Shown here one piece after another: positions 27,291-36,494 of a DNA stretch of 64,000 nucleotides (its first letter is position 1; each line of letters opens with the position of its first letter). Both the position numbers and the translations under genes were made by a program. The notes below the pieces were generated by a model. It was given only the letters and a program-made list of their open reading frames with translations. It was not told the DNA's origin and did not search any database. The DNA comes from an uncultured delta proteobacterium (lineage in GTDB: Bacteria; Desulfobacterota; Binatia; Binatales; Binataceae): positions 224,001-288,000 of the forward strand of contig CAWCDG010000007.1 of the NCBI GenBank assembly GCA_963794325.1. The letters are read 5' to 3'.

Positions 27291-29210
27291 ATGAGCGATC
27301 AAAGATCGATCGACGCGACCCCGCGCGATTTGTGGTGGTTTCGCAAGAACGTGCCGTGCCTCGATGCGTGCCCGGTCAAGACCGACGCGGGCCGCTACGT
27401 CCAGCTGATCGCCGAAGGACGGCTGGCGGAAGCTTACCGCGTCGCTCGCTCGCCCAACCCGATCGCCTCGATATGCGGACGCGCATGCGGCGCGCCGTGC
27501 GAGGATGCGTGCCGCCGCGGCAAGATCGATGCGCCCGTGACGATTCGCGCACTCAAGCGCTTTCTCACCGAGCAGTTCGGCCCCGAAGCACTCTTATCGA
27601 AGGGAGTGCGCGAGATGATCGCGGGACCGTCCGGCGGCGGCAGTACCACTCCCGGCCACATCGACATTCCCGGCGCGCGACCGGATGCGGCCGGGTCGAA
27701 GCGCAAGGTTGCCGTCGTCGGCGCGGGGCCCGCCGGTCTCGCATGCGCTAACGATCTCGCGCTGATGGGCTACAGCGTGACGGTGTTCGAGGCGATGGAG
27801 CACGCGGGCGGCATGCTTCGATATGGAATTCCGGCTTACCGCCTGCCACGCGACGTCATCGACTGCCAGGTGAGCGAGATCGAAGACCTCGGCGTCGAGT
27901 TTCGCTACTCCACACCGCTCAAAGCCGGCTTCGGAGTTCGCGAGCTGAAGGCGCAGGGCTACGAAGCAATCTTTCTCGCCGTCGGCGCGTCGCGCGGGCG
28001 CGCGGTGCCGATCGAGGGCAGCGATGCCGACGGCGTGATCAAGGCGATCGACTATCTGCTCAATATCAATCGCGGCTACCGCGTTCCTCTCGGCGGCAAG
28101 GTCGTCGTCATCGGTGGCGGTCTCGTCGCAATCGATGCGGCGCGAACCGCTGTACGCGCGCTCGTACCCGGACTCGTCATGTCCGACGAGGAAGAGCAGA
28201 GCGTCGAGGCAGGTGCGATGCGCGTTGCGCTGGACGCGGCCCGCGAAGCAGCCCGGCGCGGCGCGCTCGAAGTTACCGTCGCGAGCCTCGAGTCCGATGC
28301 CGAGATGCCGGCGATGAAATCGGCGCAGGGCCGCGAGGAACTGGACATCGCGCGCGAAGAGGGCGTCACCTTCATGCCCGGATGGGGGCCGAAACGAGTC
28401 GTCATCCGCGACGGCCACGCCGTCGGAATCGAGCTGGTGAAATGCGTCAAGGTATTCGACGAGGCCGGCCGCTTCCGCCCGCAGTTCGACGAGACCAATA
28501 AGCGCGTGATTGACGCCGACGCTGTGATCCTCGCGATCGGCCAGGCGCCGGACCTGTCATTCGTCACGCCCGAAGACGGCGTCTCGGTCACGCCGGCGGG
28601 CACGCTGAAGATCGATCCCGTCACGCTCGAAACCGGCATCGCAGGAGTATTCGCAGGTGGCGATGCGGCCTTTCCCCCGAGTCTTCTGATCACATGCGCG
28701 CAGCATGGCAAGGTCGCCGCGCGCGGAATCGACGCATACCTGCGCGGCAAGCCGCTCGGCCAGCCGCGGATGCACGTCACGATCGAGGAACTCCCGACCG
28801 ACACCTACAAGATGGTCGATCAATACGAAAAGAAGCATCGCGATATCCCGCTGGTGCCGCTCTCGCGCCGCACCGGAATCACCGAAGTCGAGAGTACCTT
28901 CACTGCCGACGACGCGCGCGAGCAGGCCGACCGATGCCTCTACTGCCATATCCATCCGATCTACGACGGCGCGAAATGCATCCTGTGCAATCGATGCGTC
29001 GACATCTGTCCCGAGCACTGCCTGCACTTCACCCTCGCCGAAGAAATCGCCGACCAGGAACGCGTCGCCGGCGTGATCCCCGAAGCGCAGATGCGCAGCG
29101 CGTTTCTCTACGACGAAGCCAAATGCATCCGATGCGGCCTGTGTGCGACCCGATGCCCCACCTCGGCAATCACGATGGAGCGCTTCCAGTTCGAAGAGAC
29201 GGCCGGCTGA
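27291..29210 (+). CDS. GltD/DsrL-like NAD(P)H:Fe-S flavoprotein with C-terminal 2x[4Fe-4S]
   Basis: PCLDACP, ICGRACGAPCEDAC, VGAGPAG, GMLRYGIP, IGGGLVA, FAGGD, ADRCLYC, CILCNRCVDICP, CIRCGLCATRCP. Confidence 0.88.
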   Translation: MSDQRSIDATPRDLWWFRKNVPCLDACPVKTDAGRYVQLIAEGRLAEAYRVARSPNPIASICGRACGAPCEDACRRGKIDAPVTIRALKRFLTEQFGPEALLSKGVREMIAGPSGGGSTTPGHIDIPGARPDAAGSKRKVAVVGAGPAGLACANDLALMGYSVTVFEAMEHAGGMLRYGIPAYRLPRDVIDCQVSEIEDLGVEFRYSTPLKAGFGVRELKAQGYEAIFLAVGASRGRAVPIEGSDADGVIKAIDYLLNINRGYRVPLGGKVVVIGGGLVAIDAARTAVRALVPGLVMSDEEEQSVEAGAMRVALDAAREAARRGALEVTVASLESDAEMPAMKSAQGREELDIAREEGVTFMPGWGPKRVVIRDGHAVGIELVKCVKVFDEAGRFRPQFDETNKRVIDADAVILAIGQAPDLSFVTPEDGVSVTPAGTLKIDPVTLETGIAGVFAGGDAAFPPSLLITCAQHGKVAARGIDAYLRGKPLGQPRMHVTIEELPTDTYKMVDQYEKKHRDIPLVPLSRRTGITEVESTFTADDAREQADRCLYCHIHPIYDGAKCILCNRCVDICPEHCLHFTLAEEIADQERVAGVIPEAQMRSAFLYDEAKCIRCGLCATRCPTSAITMERFQFEETAG

Positions 29211-29671
29211 TGGACGGCGATCGGCGAAAAATCCTGCGCTTCATCGGCAAGGGCTCGGTGTTGGCGGCGTTCCTCGCGCAGATCGGCGCGGCCGGCCGCG
29301 CGTTTTTCCCCAACGTGCTCTACGAGCCGCCGAACCGCTTCAAACTCAAGAAGCCCGACGATTACCCCGACGGCTACACGCTCGATGCGACGCATCGCCT
29401 TTACGTGATCCGCCAGAAAGATGCGTTCCACGTTATCTCCGCGATATGCACGCATCTCGGATGCAACGTGCAGTGGATGGACACCGAGTTCGACTGCCCG
29501 TGCCACGGCAGCCGCTTCCGTCCCGACGGCACGGTTATCGCGGGACCCGCGCCGCGTCCTCTCGATTGGTTTGCGACTACGGTTTCGCCCGACGGGTATC
29601 TCGAAGTCGATAGCTCAAAAGACGTTGCGCGCGACTTCCAGTTGATAATCGGCGGAAAGGCCAAGGCCTAG
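29210..29671 (+). CDS. Rieske [2Fe-2S] subunit
   Basis: Tat-like DRRKIL, CTHLGC and CPCHGS boxes, GPAPRPL; TGATG coupling to upstream gene. Confidence 0.93.
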   Translation: MDGDRRKILRFIGKGSVLAAFLAQIGAAGRAFFPNVLYEPPNRFKLKKPDDYPDGYTLDATHRLYVIRQKDAFHVISAICTHLGCNVQWMDTEFDCPCHGSRFRPDGTVIAGPAPRPLDWFATTVSPDGYLEVDSSKDVARDFQLIIGGKAKA

Positions 29672-29673
29672 CG

Positions 29674-30975
29674 GTGGGCGACAAAATCAAGGCGCTCTGG
29701 CGCAAGACTTCGTGGGCATGGTCGCCCGAAAGCGATCGCGAATCCTCCGAGGCCATCGTCAAAAATTTCTGGCTGCACTGGTTCCCGGCCAAAGTCGCGC
29801 GCGCCAGCATGGACTGGAACTACTCGTTCTGGCTCGGCACCGCGTCCGCGTCGCTGCTGCTAATCCTCACCGTCACCGGCGTGATGCTGATGTTCTTTTA
29901 CGTGCCCTCTACCGAGCGCGCCTACGGCAGCATCAAGGATTTGCAGTACGCCGTCAGCTTCGGCCGCCTGCTCAGAAACCAGCACCGATGGGCCGCCGAG
30001 GGCATGGTCGCCGTCGTGTACATCCACATGGCGCGAGTATTCTTCACCGGCGCCTACCGTGGCCCCCGCGCAATCAACTGGGTAGCCGGCGTCGTCCTCT
30101 TCCTCGCGACGCTGTTCTTATCGTTCACCGGCTACTTGCTGCCATGGGACCAGCTCGCATTCTGGGCAATCACAGTCGGCACCAGCATCGCAAAGCAGGC
30201 GCCATTCGTCGGACCAACAATTCAGTTCATTCTTCTGGGCGGCCATGAAATCGGACAGCAGACGCTGCTCCGATTTTACGTGCTGCACGTTTTTTTCCTG
30301 CCGGTCTTCGTCTGGATCCTGTTCGCCTATCACATGTGGCGCGTCCGCAAGGACGGCGGCCTCGCGGCGGTCGAGCGCATCCGCAATGACCGCGTGATGG
30401 TGCCGAAGGCGACGCCGAAGACCAAGAGCTACTCGCTGTTTGGAATTACGCCGGGCACGTCGGTGGCTGTGATGAGCTCGACGGGCCTCGAAGAATCCGA
30501 CCAGGTTTTCTCGTCGCCGAACATGTCGCGGCGAATCGCGCTGGTCTTCCTGATCGTGTTCAACCTCACCCTGCTCGCCGCGATCCTGTTCAACGCACCG
30601 CTCGAAGGTCTCGCCAATCCTGCTGTCACACCGAATCCGGCGAAGGCGCCCTGGTACTTCGTCTGGCTGCAGGAGCTGGTCGCGTCGACCACGATTCGCC
30701 TTGGCGATTTCACCGTCAGCGGTGCGCTGCTCGGTGGAATACTGCTGCCGGGATTTCTACTCGCGGTGCTGACGGCGTGGCCGTGGCTCGATCGTTCGCC
30801 ACGTCGCGCGGAAGGGCGATGGCTCGCGCCCGAGCGCAAGCGCCAGAATGCGACCTTCGCCATCGCGACCCTCGCGATCATCATCCTGATCATGGTCGGG
30901 GTTTATCTGCGCGGTCCCTACTGGCGAATCTACTGGCCCGGCCAACCGCGCCCCGAGACGCCGCGGCTCTACTGA
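29674..30975 (+). CDS. cytochrome b/b6 fused to subunit IV
   Basis: HRW..H and LH..H His pairs, FTGYLLPWDQLAFWA, PNPAKAPWYF (Qo-motif variant). Confidence 0.93.
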   Translation: MGDKIKALWRKTSWAWSPESDRESSEAIVKNFWLHWFPAKVARASMDWNYSFWLGTASASLLLILTVTGVMLMFFYVPSTERAYGSIKDLQYAVSFGRLLRNQHRWAAEGMVAVVYIHMARVFFTGAYRGPRAINWVAGVVLFLATLFLSFTGYLLPWDQLAFWAITVGTSIAKQAPFVGPTIQFILLGGHEIGQQTLLRFYVLHVFFLPVFVWILFAYHMWRVRKDGGLAAVERIRNDRVMVPKATPKTKSYSLFGITPGTSVAVMSSTGLEESDQVFSSPNMSRRIALVFLIVFNLTLLAAILFNAPLEGLANPAVTPNPAKAPWYFVWLQELVASTTIRLGDFTVSGALLGGILLPGFLLAVLTAWPWLDRSPRRAEGRWLAPERKRQNATFAIATLAIIILIMVGVYLRGPYWRIYWPGQPRPETPRLY

Positions 30976-30976
30976 C

Positions 30977-31903
30977 ATGGCCGACAAGCGCGAATCATTC
31001 GAATCGAAGGACTTCGGCTGGATGGTCGCGATGTCGATCCTGTTCCTCGCGCTGGTCGTGGTCTGCTTCTGGATAGAGTTCAGCACCGAGTGGGGAGGCT
31101 ATCAACGAGAGTTTCCGCAGTTGCTCGGTCACTACGGCAAGGTGGAGGACGCGCGCGACTTCCGCCCGGGGATTCAGCAAATCTGGATTCCCAAGATTGG
31201 TGTCACCGATCGATGCATCACGTGTCACCTGGGTTATGAATGGTCGTCGGTGTTGCCGGCTACGATCGCCGAGCCGCTGAAGCCGCATCCGATGAACGAC
31301 TGGATTGCGAAGCATGAGTTCGCGAAGTTCGGATGCACGCCGTGTCACGGCGGTGACGGAGCAGCGACCACTGTCATGGGGGCGCATCAGGGCGGTCGGG
31401 GATGGGAAGATCCGATGCTCTCGCGCGCGCTCGCGGACCAAAATGGGCTCACGATGAACGAGATGATGCAGATGCGATGCAACTTTTGTCATCGCCACGA
31501 TGCCGCTACTCCGGGGATGGACGAGATCAATCTCGCCAAGGTGCTATTCAAGAAGAAAAAATGCCTGCTCTGCCACGTCGTCGAAGGCCGCGGCGGCGCC
31601 ACCGGCCCCGAGCTGACCTACGAAGGCGACCGGAATCCGGAACTGCTGAACTTCGCACACGTAACCGGTGATCACACGATGTTCAACTGGAACGTCCAGC
31701 ATCTGACCAAGGCCAGCGCGGTCTCGCCGAAAACCGCGATGCCTGATTTCAACTTCAAGCCCGACGAGTCGCGAGCGCTAACCCTCCTGCTGCTAAGTTG
31801 GCGCCGCCTCACCTACCCCCCGGAATACATCCCCGACCCCGAAGTAGCCGCATCCGCAACGCAACCATCGCCAACCCCAACCGCAACTCCTGTCGCGCGT
31901 TGA
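30977..31903 (+). CDS. membrane-anchored tetraheme cytochrome c
   Basis: N-terminal TM helix; CITCH, CTPCH, CNFCH, CLLCH; AMPDF. Confidence 0.9.
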   Translation: MADKRESFESKDFGWMVAMSILFLALVVVCFWIEFSTEWGGYQREFPQLLGHYGKVEDARDFRPGIQQIWIPKIGVTDRCITCHLGYEWSSVLPATIAEPLKPHPMNDWIAKHEFAKFGCTPCHGGDGAATTVMGAHQGGRGWEDPMLSRALADQNGLTMNEMMQMRCNFCHRHDAATPGMDEINLAKVLFKKKKCLLCHVVEGRGGATGPELTYEGDRNPELLNFAHVTGDHTMFNWNVQHLTKASAVSPKTAMPDFNFKPDESRALTLLLLSWRRLTYPPEYIPDPEVAASATQPSPTPTATPVAR

Positions 31904-31919
31904 CCCTGCGAATCCGGGG

Positions 31920-32614
<695 letters not shown>

Positions 32615-32720
32615 CTTAGCGAAGATTTGCAATCTGGCCTGCAAAGTTGGGCGCAGCCTTCAAATGCTCAGTCGAATGATGCCCTCGCGCTCGCCGTTGC
32701 AATGCAGGAGAGGGTCGAAC

Positions 32721-33186
32721 AGCCTGCCCTGAGCCTTGCCGAAAGTTGAGGGTCCTTCTGAAGTGGCACAGGCTTTAGCCTGTGATTCTTCTTCCGCGCG
32801 CGATTCAAGATTCCGCTCCGCATTCTTGTCCTTGTGTCATTCCAGAGCGCGTCCGGATGAGCCGCTTCCACCAGCCGAAGCCCTGAGCGCACCCGAAGGG
32901 GAAGAATCCCGCCTCCGATCTTCGCCTCGCCCCGTCAGGGCGAGGATCGAAGAGCCTGCCCTAAGCCTCGCCGAAGGGTGAGGGCCCTTCTGAAGTGGCA
33001 CAGGCTTTAGCCTGTGATTCTTCTTCCGCGCGCGATTCAAGATTCCGCCCCGCATTTCTTGTCCCTGTGTCATTCGGAGCGCATCCCGATGATTCCGCAT
33101 CCACCAGCGGAAGCCCTGAGCGCAGCCGAAGGGGAAGAATCCCGGCTCTTCTCTTCCCCTCGCCCCGTCAGGGCGAGGATCGAAGG
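32721..33186. repeat. tandem duplication of an about 232-bp composite REP/MITE-like unit
   Basis: units start at 32721 and 32953 and share ccttctgaagtggcacaggctttagcctgtgattcttcttccgcgcgcgattcaagattccgc and gccccgtcagggcgaggatcgaag. Confidence 0.9.
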
Positions 33187-33545
33187 TGAGGGTCCGCTTA
33201 CGGCGCGCGATTCTCGCGCGCGAGTTTGGATTCTTTTCTCGCTCAGACTGTTGCCAGCGATCTGGGAATTGGCCCACCAATCGAACCGGAAGTTCTCAAG
33301 TGGCCCGCAAGTTGAGTCGCCCTTGGTGCGGTCTTGAGAAAGTGCGGTTCATGACAACCGCTGTCCGTACTAATCAAAAATGTGCACGAAGCTCACGCCT
33401 CAGTATTTGGAAACCGCTATTCGCGTGCTACGATCCACTCGGTTTCGTTAGGGGGCATCGAGTTCGTTGGTTAAACGTCAGCCATACGTGCAAGGCAATG
33501 CGGGCCACTGCGGTCGGAACGCAATCTAGCGTCCGAGCGCCGAGA

Positions 33546-34353
33546 ATGCTCAAACTTCCGTTCGGTCCGGAAGCTCTCCGCATCCGTCCGCCGCTCAAAT
33601 GGGCCGGCGGAAAGCGATGGCAAGTGCGGCATCTGCACGACAATCTGGAGACCACACAATCATCGAAGACTGGTCGAACCGTTCTGCGGCGGTCTCGCTA
33701 TTACACTAGGACTGGCACCTTCTTGCGCACTACTTAATGATGTGAACCCTCACCTCATTAATCTATATCGCTGGTTAAAAAGAGGACTGAAGCCAACGAT
33801 CTCGATGAAACACAATTCCAAGGCATATTACGCGCAGCGCGTTCGCTTCAACGAATTGCTGTCAGCCGGCAAGGCTGATACTGCCGAAGCTGCGACATTG
33901 TTCTACTACCTGAATCGAACCGGCTATAACGGACTTTGTCGTTTCAATAACAAGGGCCACTTCAACGTTCCGTTCGGTCGCTATAAGAAGATCGACTATC
34001 GTAGCGATTTCACTGAATATAAGAAGGCCTTTGCCCAGTATGAGTTCACGAATACCGATTTCGAGAAGCTGGAGCTTCATCCCGAGGATTTCGTGTACGC
34101 TGATCCGCCTTACGATGTAGAGTTCACTCAGTACTCGACGGGCGGCTTTGGCTGGGAAGAGCAGGAACGCGCAGCAGAATGGCTGGCAAAACATCGCGGT
34201 CCGGTAGTGCTGTCGAATCAGCGGACAGAGAGAATAGAAAAGCTATATGCGAAGCTCGGATTCTCCGTCACATTACTATCTGCGCCACGGCTAATCAGTT
34301 GTAACGGCGACAGAACCCCGGCGCGGGAAGTATTGGCGACGCTCAACCTGTAG
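33546..34353 (+). CDS. Dam/D12-class N6-adenine DNA methyltransferase (apparent +1 frameshift at about 33636-33641)
   Basis: LKWAGGK in the first frame; VEPFCGG, LNDVN, YLNRTGYNGL.RFN..G.FNVPFG, YADPPY in the second. Confidence 0.9.
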
Positions 34354-34357
34354 TGCC

Positions 34358-34771
34358 ATGCCCGGAAACACTCGAACCGGCAGTGTTCTGGAATTAACAA
34401 TCCTGCCTGCCTTAGATCGTGGCGGCTACCACCATCGCGCGCAAATTGAGATTGGCCAACGCCTCGGCTGCGGTAAACACATAGTTGATATAGTCGCAGA
34501 GAAAGATGGCCGCGAGTTCCTAATTTCGTTAAAGTGGCAGCAAGTCGCTGGCACAGCGGAACAGAAGGTCCCGTTTGAAGTGATATGTCTCTTAGACGCA
34601 ATCGAACGGGGAAGGTACTCCAAGGCGTACTTAGTACTCGGAGGAGAGGGATGGAAGTTACGACAGTTTTATATAAATGGCGGCTTGAACCGCTTTCTTT
34701 CTGTGGAAGATAGGGTCGAGATCGTCACATTAGAAGGATTTATCGCTAAAGCAAACTCGGCGCGGCTATGA
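34358..34771 (+). CDS. PD-(D/E)xK nuclease, putative restriction endonuclease
   Basis: LE..I..AL helix, VDIV, ISLKWQQVAGTAEQK; directly downstream of the methylase. Confidence 0.75.
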   Translation: MPGNTRTGSVLELTILPALDRGGYHHRAQIEIGQRLGCGKHIVDIVAEKDGREFLISLKWQQVAGTAEQKVPFEVICLLDAIERGRYSKAYLVLGGEGWKLRQFYINGGLNRFLSVEDRVEIVTLEGFIAKANSARL

Positions 34772-34777
34772 GTAAAA

Positions 34778-35617
34778 ATGGCTGACGACAATCTCAAAGA
34801 TCAGCGCGCGGCGTTCGAGTTCCTACGCGAAAAGTTCCGCTCCCAGGATGCGTTCACAAAGCACGATCTTGAGCAGAAAACCGGCTGGGTTTGGAAATCG
34901 GTAACTACATATTGGTCCAAACAGTTCGAGCCCTTCGTCAAGCCAGTCTCCCCGATCCTAAAGGGGGCTGCGCAGAAAGACCAAAAGTTCAGAGTAACTA
35001 GAGCGTTCTTGCCTTTTGGCACGTGGACGAAGTTCCGTCGGCACGTCAGCCAGAAGCGGCGTCTAACCTTTCACTACGATCACACAAGCTACGACACAGT
35101 TCTGTTGTTCGATTTTTTTCTCCCGCTTACGAATGAAACAGTGCTTCGGATGTCTCTCGATTCCCTGTTCTACAAGGACACAATCCAGAAGCAGCTACTC
35201 GCCATTGGCATTCAGACACTACGCACGCACTTCAAAGGTGCCGAAGGCGCAAGCGACGACGCTTTCCTACAAGAACTTACCGGGTGGATTGGCGATCACT
35301 TCGGAGGCTATTCGATCAGCCACGTCAATGGCCGATTTAAGGCGCGACCCGATAAAGGCGAACCAGCGATGCTCACTATGCAAGAGGCAACGGCACTTCA
35401 AGAACGCGCCGGGCGGTATCTCATTGACGAAACCACCGCGATCACTCGCTTCATCTTTCCGTGTCACGATAGGGAAGAGGCTGAAACGGTTCGATGGTTC
35501 TTCTTCGAATTATTCGTCGAAAGCGTAACCGAAGTAAGTGGCGAAGCTGAAGTTTGGATGATCGAGAGCGGTCTGCAAACTCGTTTGCATATCTGGAATG
35601 TCAAACAAGAATCGTAA
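34778..35617 (+). CDS. hypothetical 279-aa protein in methylase operon
   Basis: 6 nt after nuclease stop; atypical codon usage; no family recognised. Confidence 0.7.
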   Translation: MADDNLKDQRAAFEFLREKFRSQDAFTKHDLEQKTGWVWKSVTTYWSKQFEPFVKPVSPILKGAAQKDQKFRVTRAFLPFGTWTKFRRHVSQKRRLTFHYDHTSYDTVLLFDFFLPLTNETVLRMSLDSLFYKDTIQKQLLAIGIQTLRTHFKGAEGASDDAFLQELTGWIGDHFGGYSISHVNGRFKARPDKGEPAMLTMQEATALQERAGRYLIDETTAITRFIFPCHDREEAETVRWFFFELFVESVTEVSGEAEVWMIESGLQTRLHIWNVKQES

Positions 35618-35966
35618 GATCAGTCAGGTTAGAGTTCGTCCGGCTATTGGCGACACCGACGTGCGGGTTTGGCTGCGCGCGAATGGCTACGACGACGTGG
35701 CCGATCAAATTGATCAAATGATGGTTCGCTGGAAAGCGCAGGGCAAGGCAACCCGGCGCAACTGGTGGGAAATTCTCGCCGGAGACAAGAGTGGCAATCC
35801 TCGCATTGCTGGAGGCAAGAAGTTTCCGATATTGCGCGCTGCGCGTATTCGGCAAGGTCTCGGAACAGATGTCCCAAACTTGCTGTGCAGAAACGTAAAC
35901 GAACAGGCACCCCCTGTCCGCAACCCTCCACGATGGTCCGGAGAACGAGGGCAACGTTCCAACTGA
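35598..35966 (+). CDS. hypothetical 122-aa basic protein in methylase operon
   Basis: overlaps the previous stop; WL..NGY.DVA..I, TRRNWWE.LAG look like conserved-type motifs. Confidence 0.6.
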   Translation: MSNKNRKISQVRVRPAIGDTDVRVWLRANGYDDVADQIDQMMVRWKAQGKATRRNWWEILAGDKSGNPRIAGGKKFPILRAARIRQGLGTDVPNLLCRNVNEQAPPVRNPPRWSGERGQRSN

Positions 35967-36037
35967 AAGTTCTCCCATGGTCGCGCTCTATGACCGCGCC
36001 GGCGCGACCATTCCCAATCACCGGCCAACCCAGGAGC

Positions 36038-36123
36038 AGAATCTTGAGTCGCGCGCAAAAAAATCGCGCGCTGTATGCGGACCCTCACCTTCGATCCTCT
36101 CCCTGACAGGGCGAGGGGAAGAG
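36038..36123. repeat. inverted copy of the element at 33151-33234
   Basis: agaatc..tcgcgcgc..aatcgcgcg..gcggaccctcaccttcgatcctc.ccctgac.gggcgaggggaagag. Confidence 0.85.
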
Positions 36124-36338
36124 GGGGCGAGCAATTGTGCAATTCTGACAGGCGGGACGGGAGGTCTGCGCAGCGCGTTTGTCCTCCACCCTGACCCTCC
36201 TCCGACGTTGGAGGAGGGAATTCGGACGGGGCGCTCTGGAATGACAGGAGTCGGAGGGCGGGCACGGCGTGCTATCTCCGGGGCTGCCGCGCGCTACCCA
36301 ATTTCGTGTTTCGTTCTCCTGAACTAAACTGCCAAAAA

Positions 36339-36354
36339 CGTTTCACGTGAAACA
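36339..36354. promoter_or_regulatory. parS-like centromere site
   Basis: intergenic CGTTTCACGTGAAACA, 15/16 match to the consensus TGTTTCACGTGAAACA. Confidence 0.85.
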
Positions 36355-36494
36355 TTTTCGCCTAAAAAACTCAGCAAATCAGCCCTGTCTTGTCGAAAAA
36401 AAGCGAAACTCCGCGCACTGGATCAATCCAATGAAATTTTCCACGTTGACCCACAGGTGACCGAGTGTTAGCCGGAATGGGGGAGGGCTTTTTC

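Noticed and set aside
27291-29210. Glutamate synthase small subunit or evidence of dissimilatory sulfur metabolism with sat
   Set aside because: No gltB, dsrAB or aprAB in the window; sat is paired with cysC and looks assimilatory
32721-33186. CRISPR array or tRNA-like repeats
   Set aside because: Only two long units, no unique spacers, no cas genes, no cloverleaf or T-loop consensus
32668-33545. Short ORFs across the repeat region and the long N-terminus of ORF 33186-33737
   Set aside because: Translations of palindromic repeats; only the part from ATG 33546 matches a methylase
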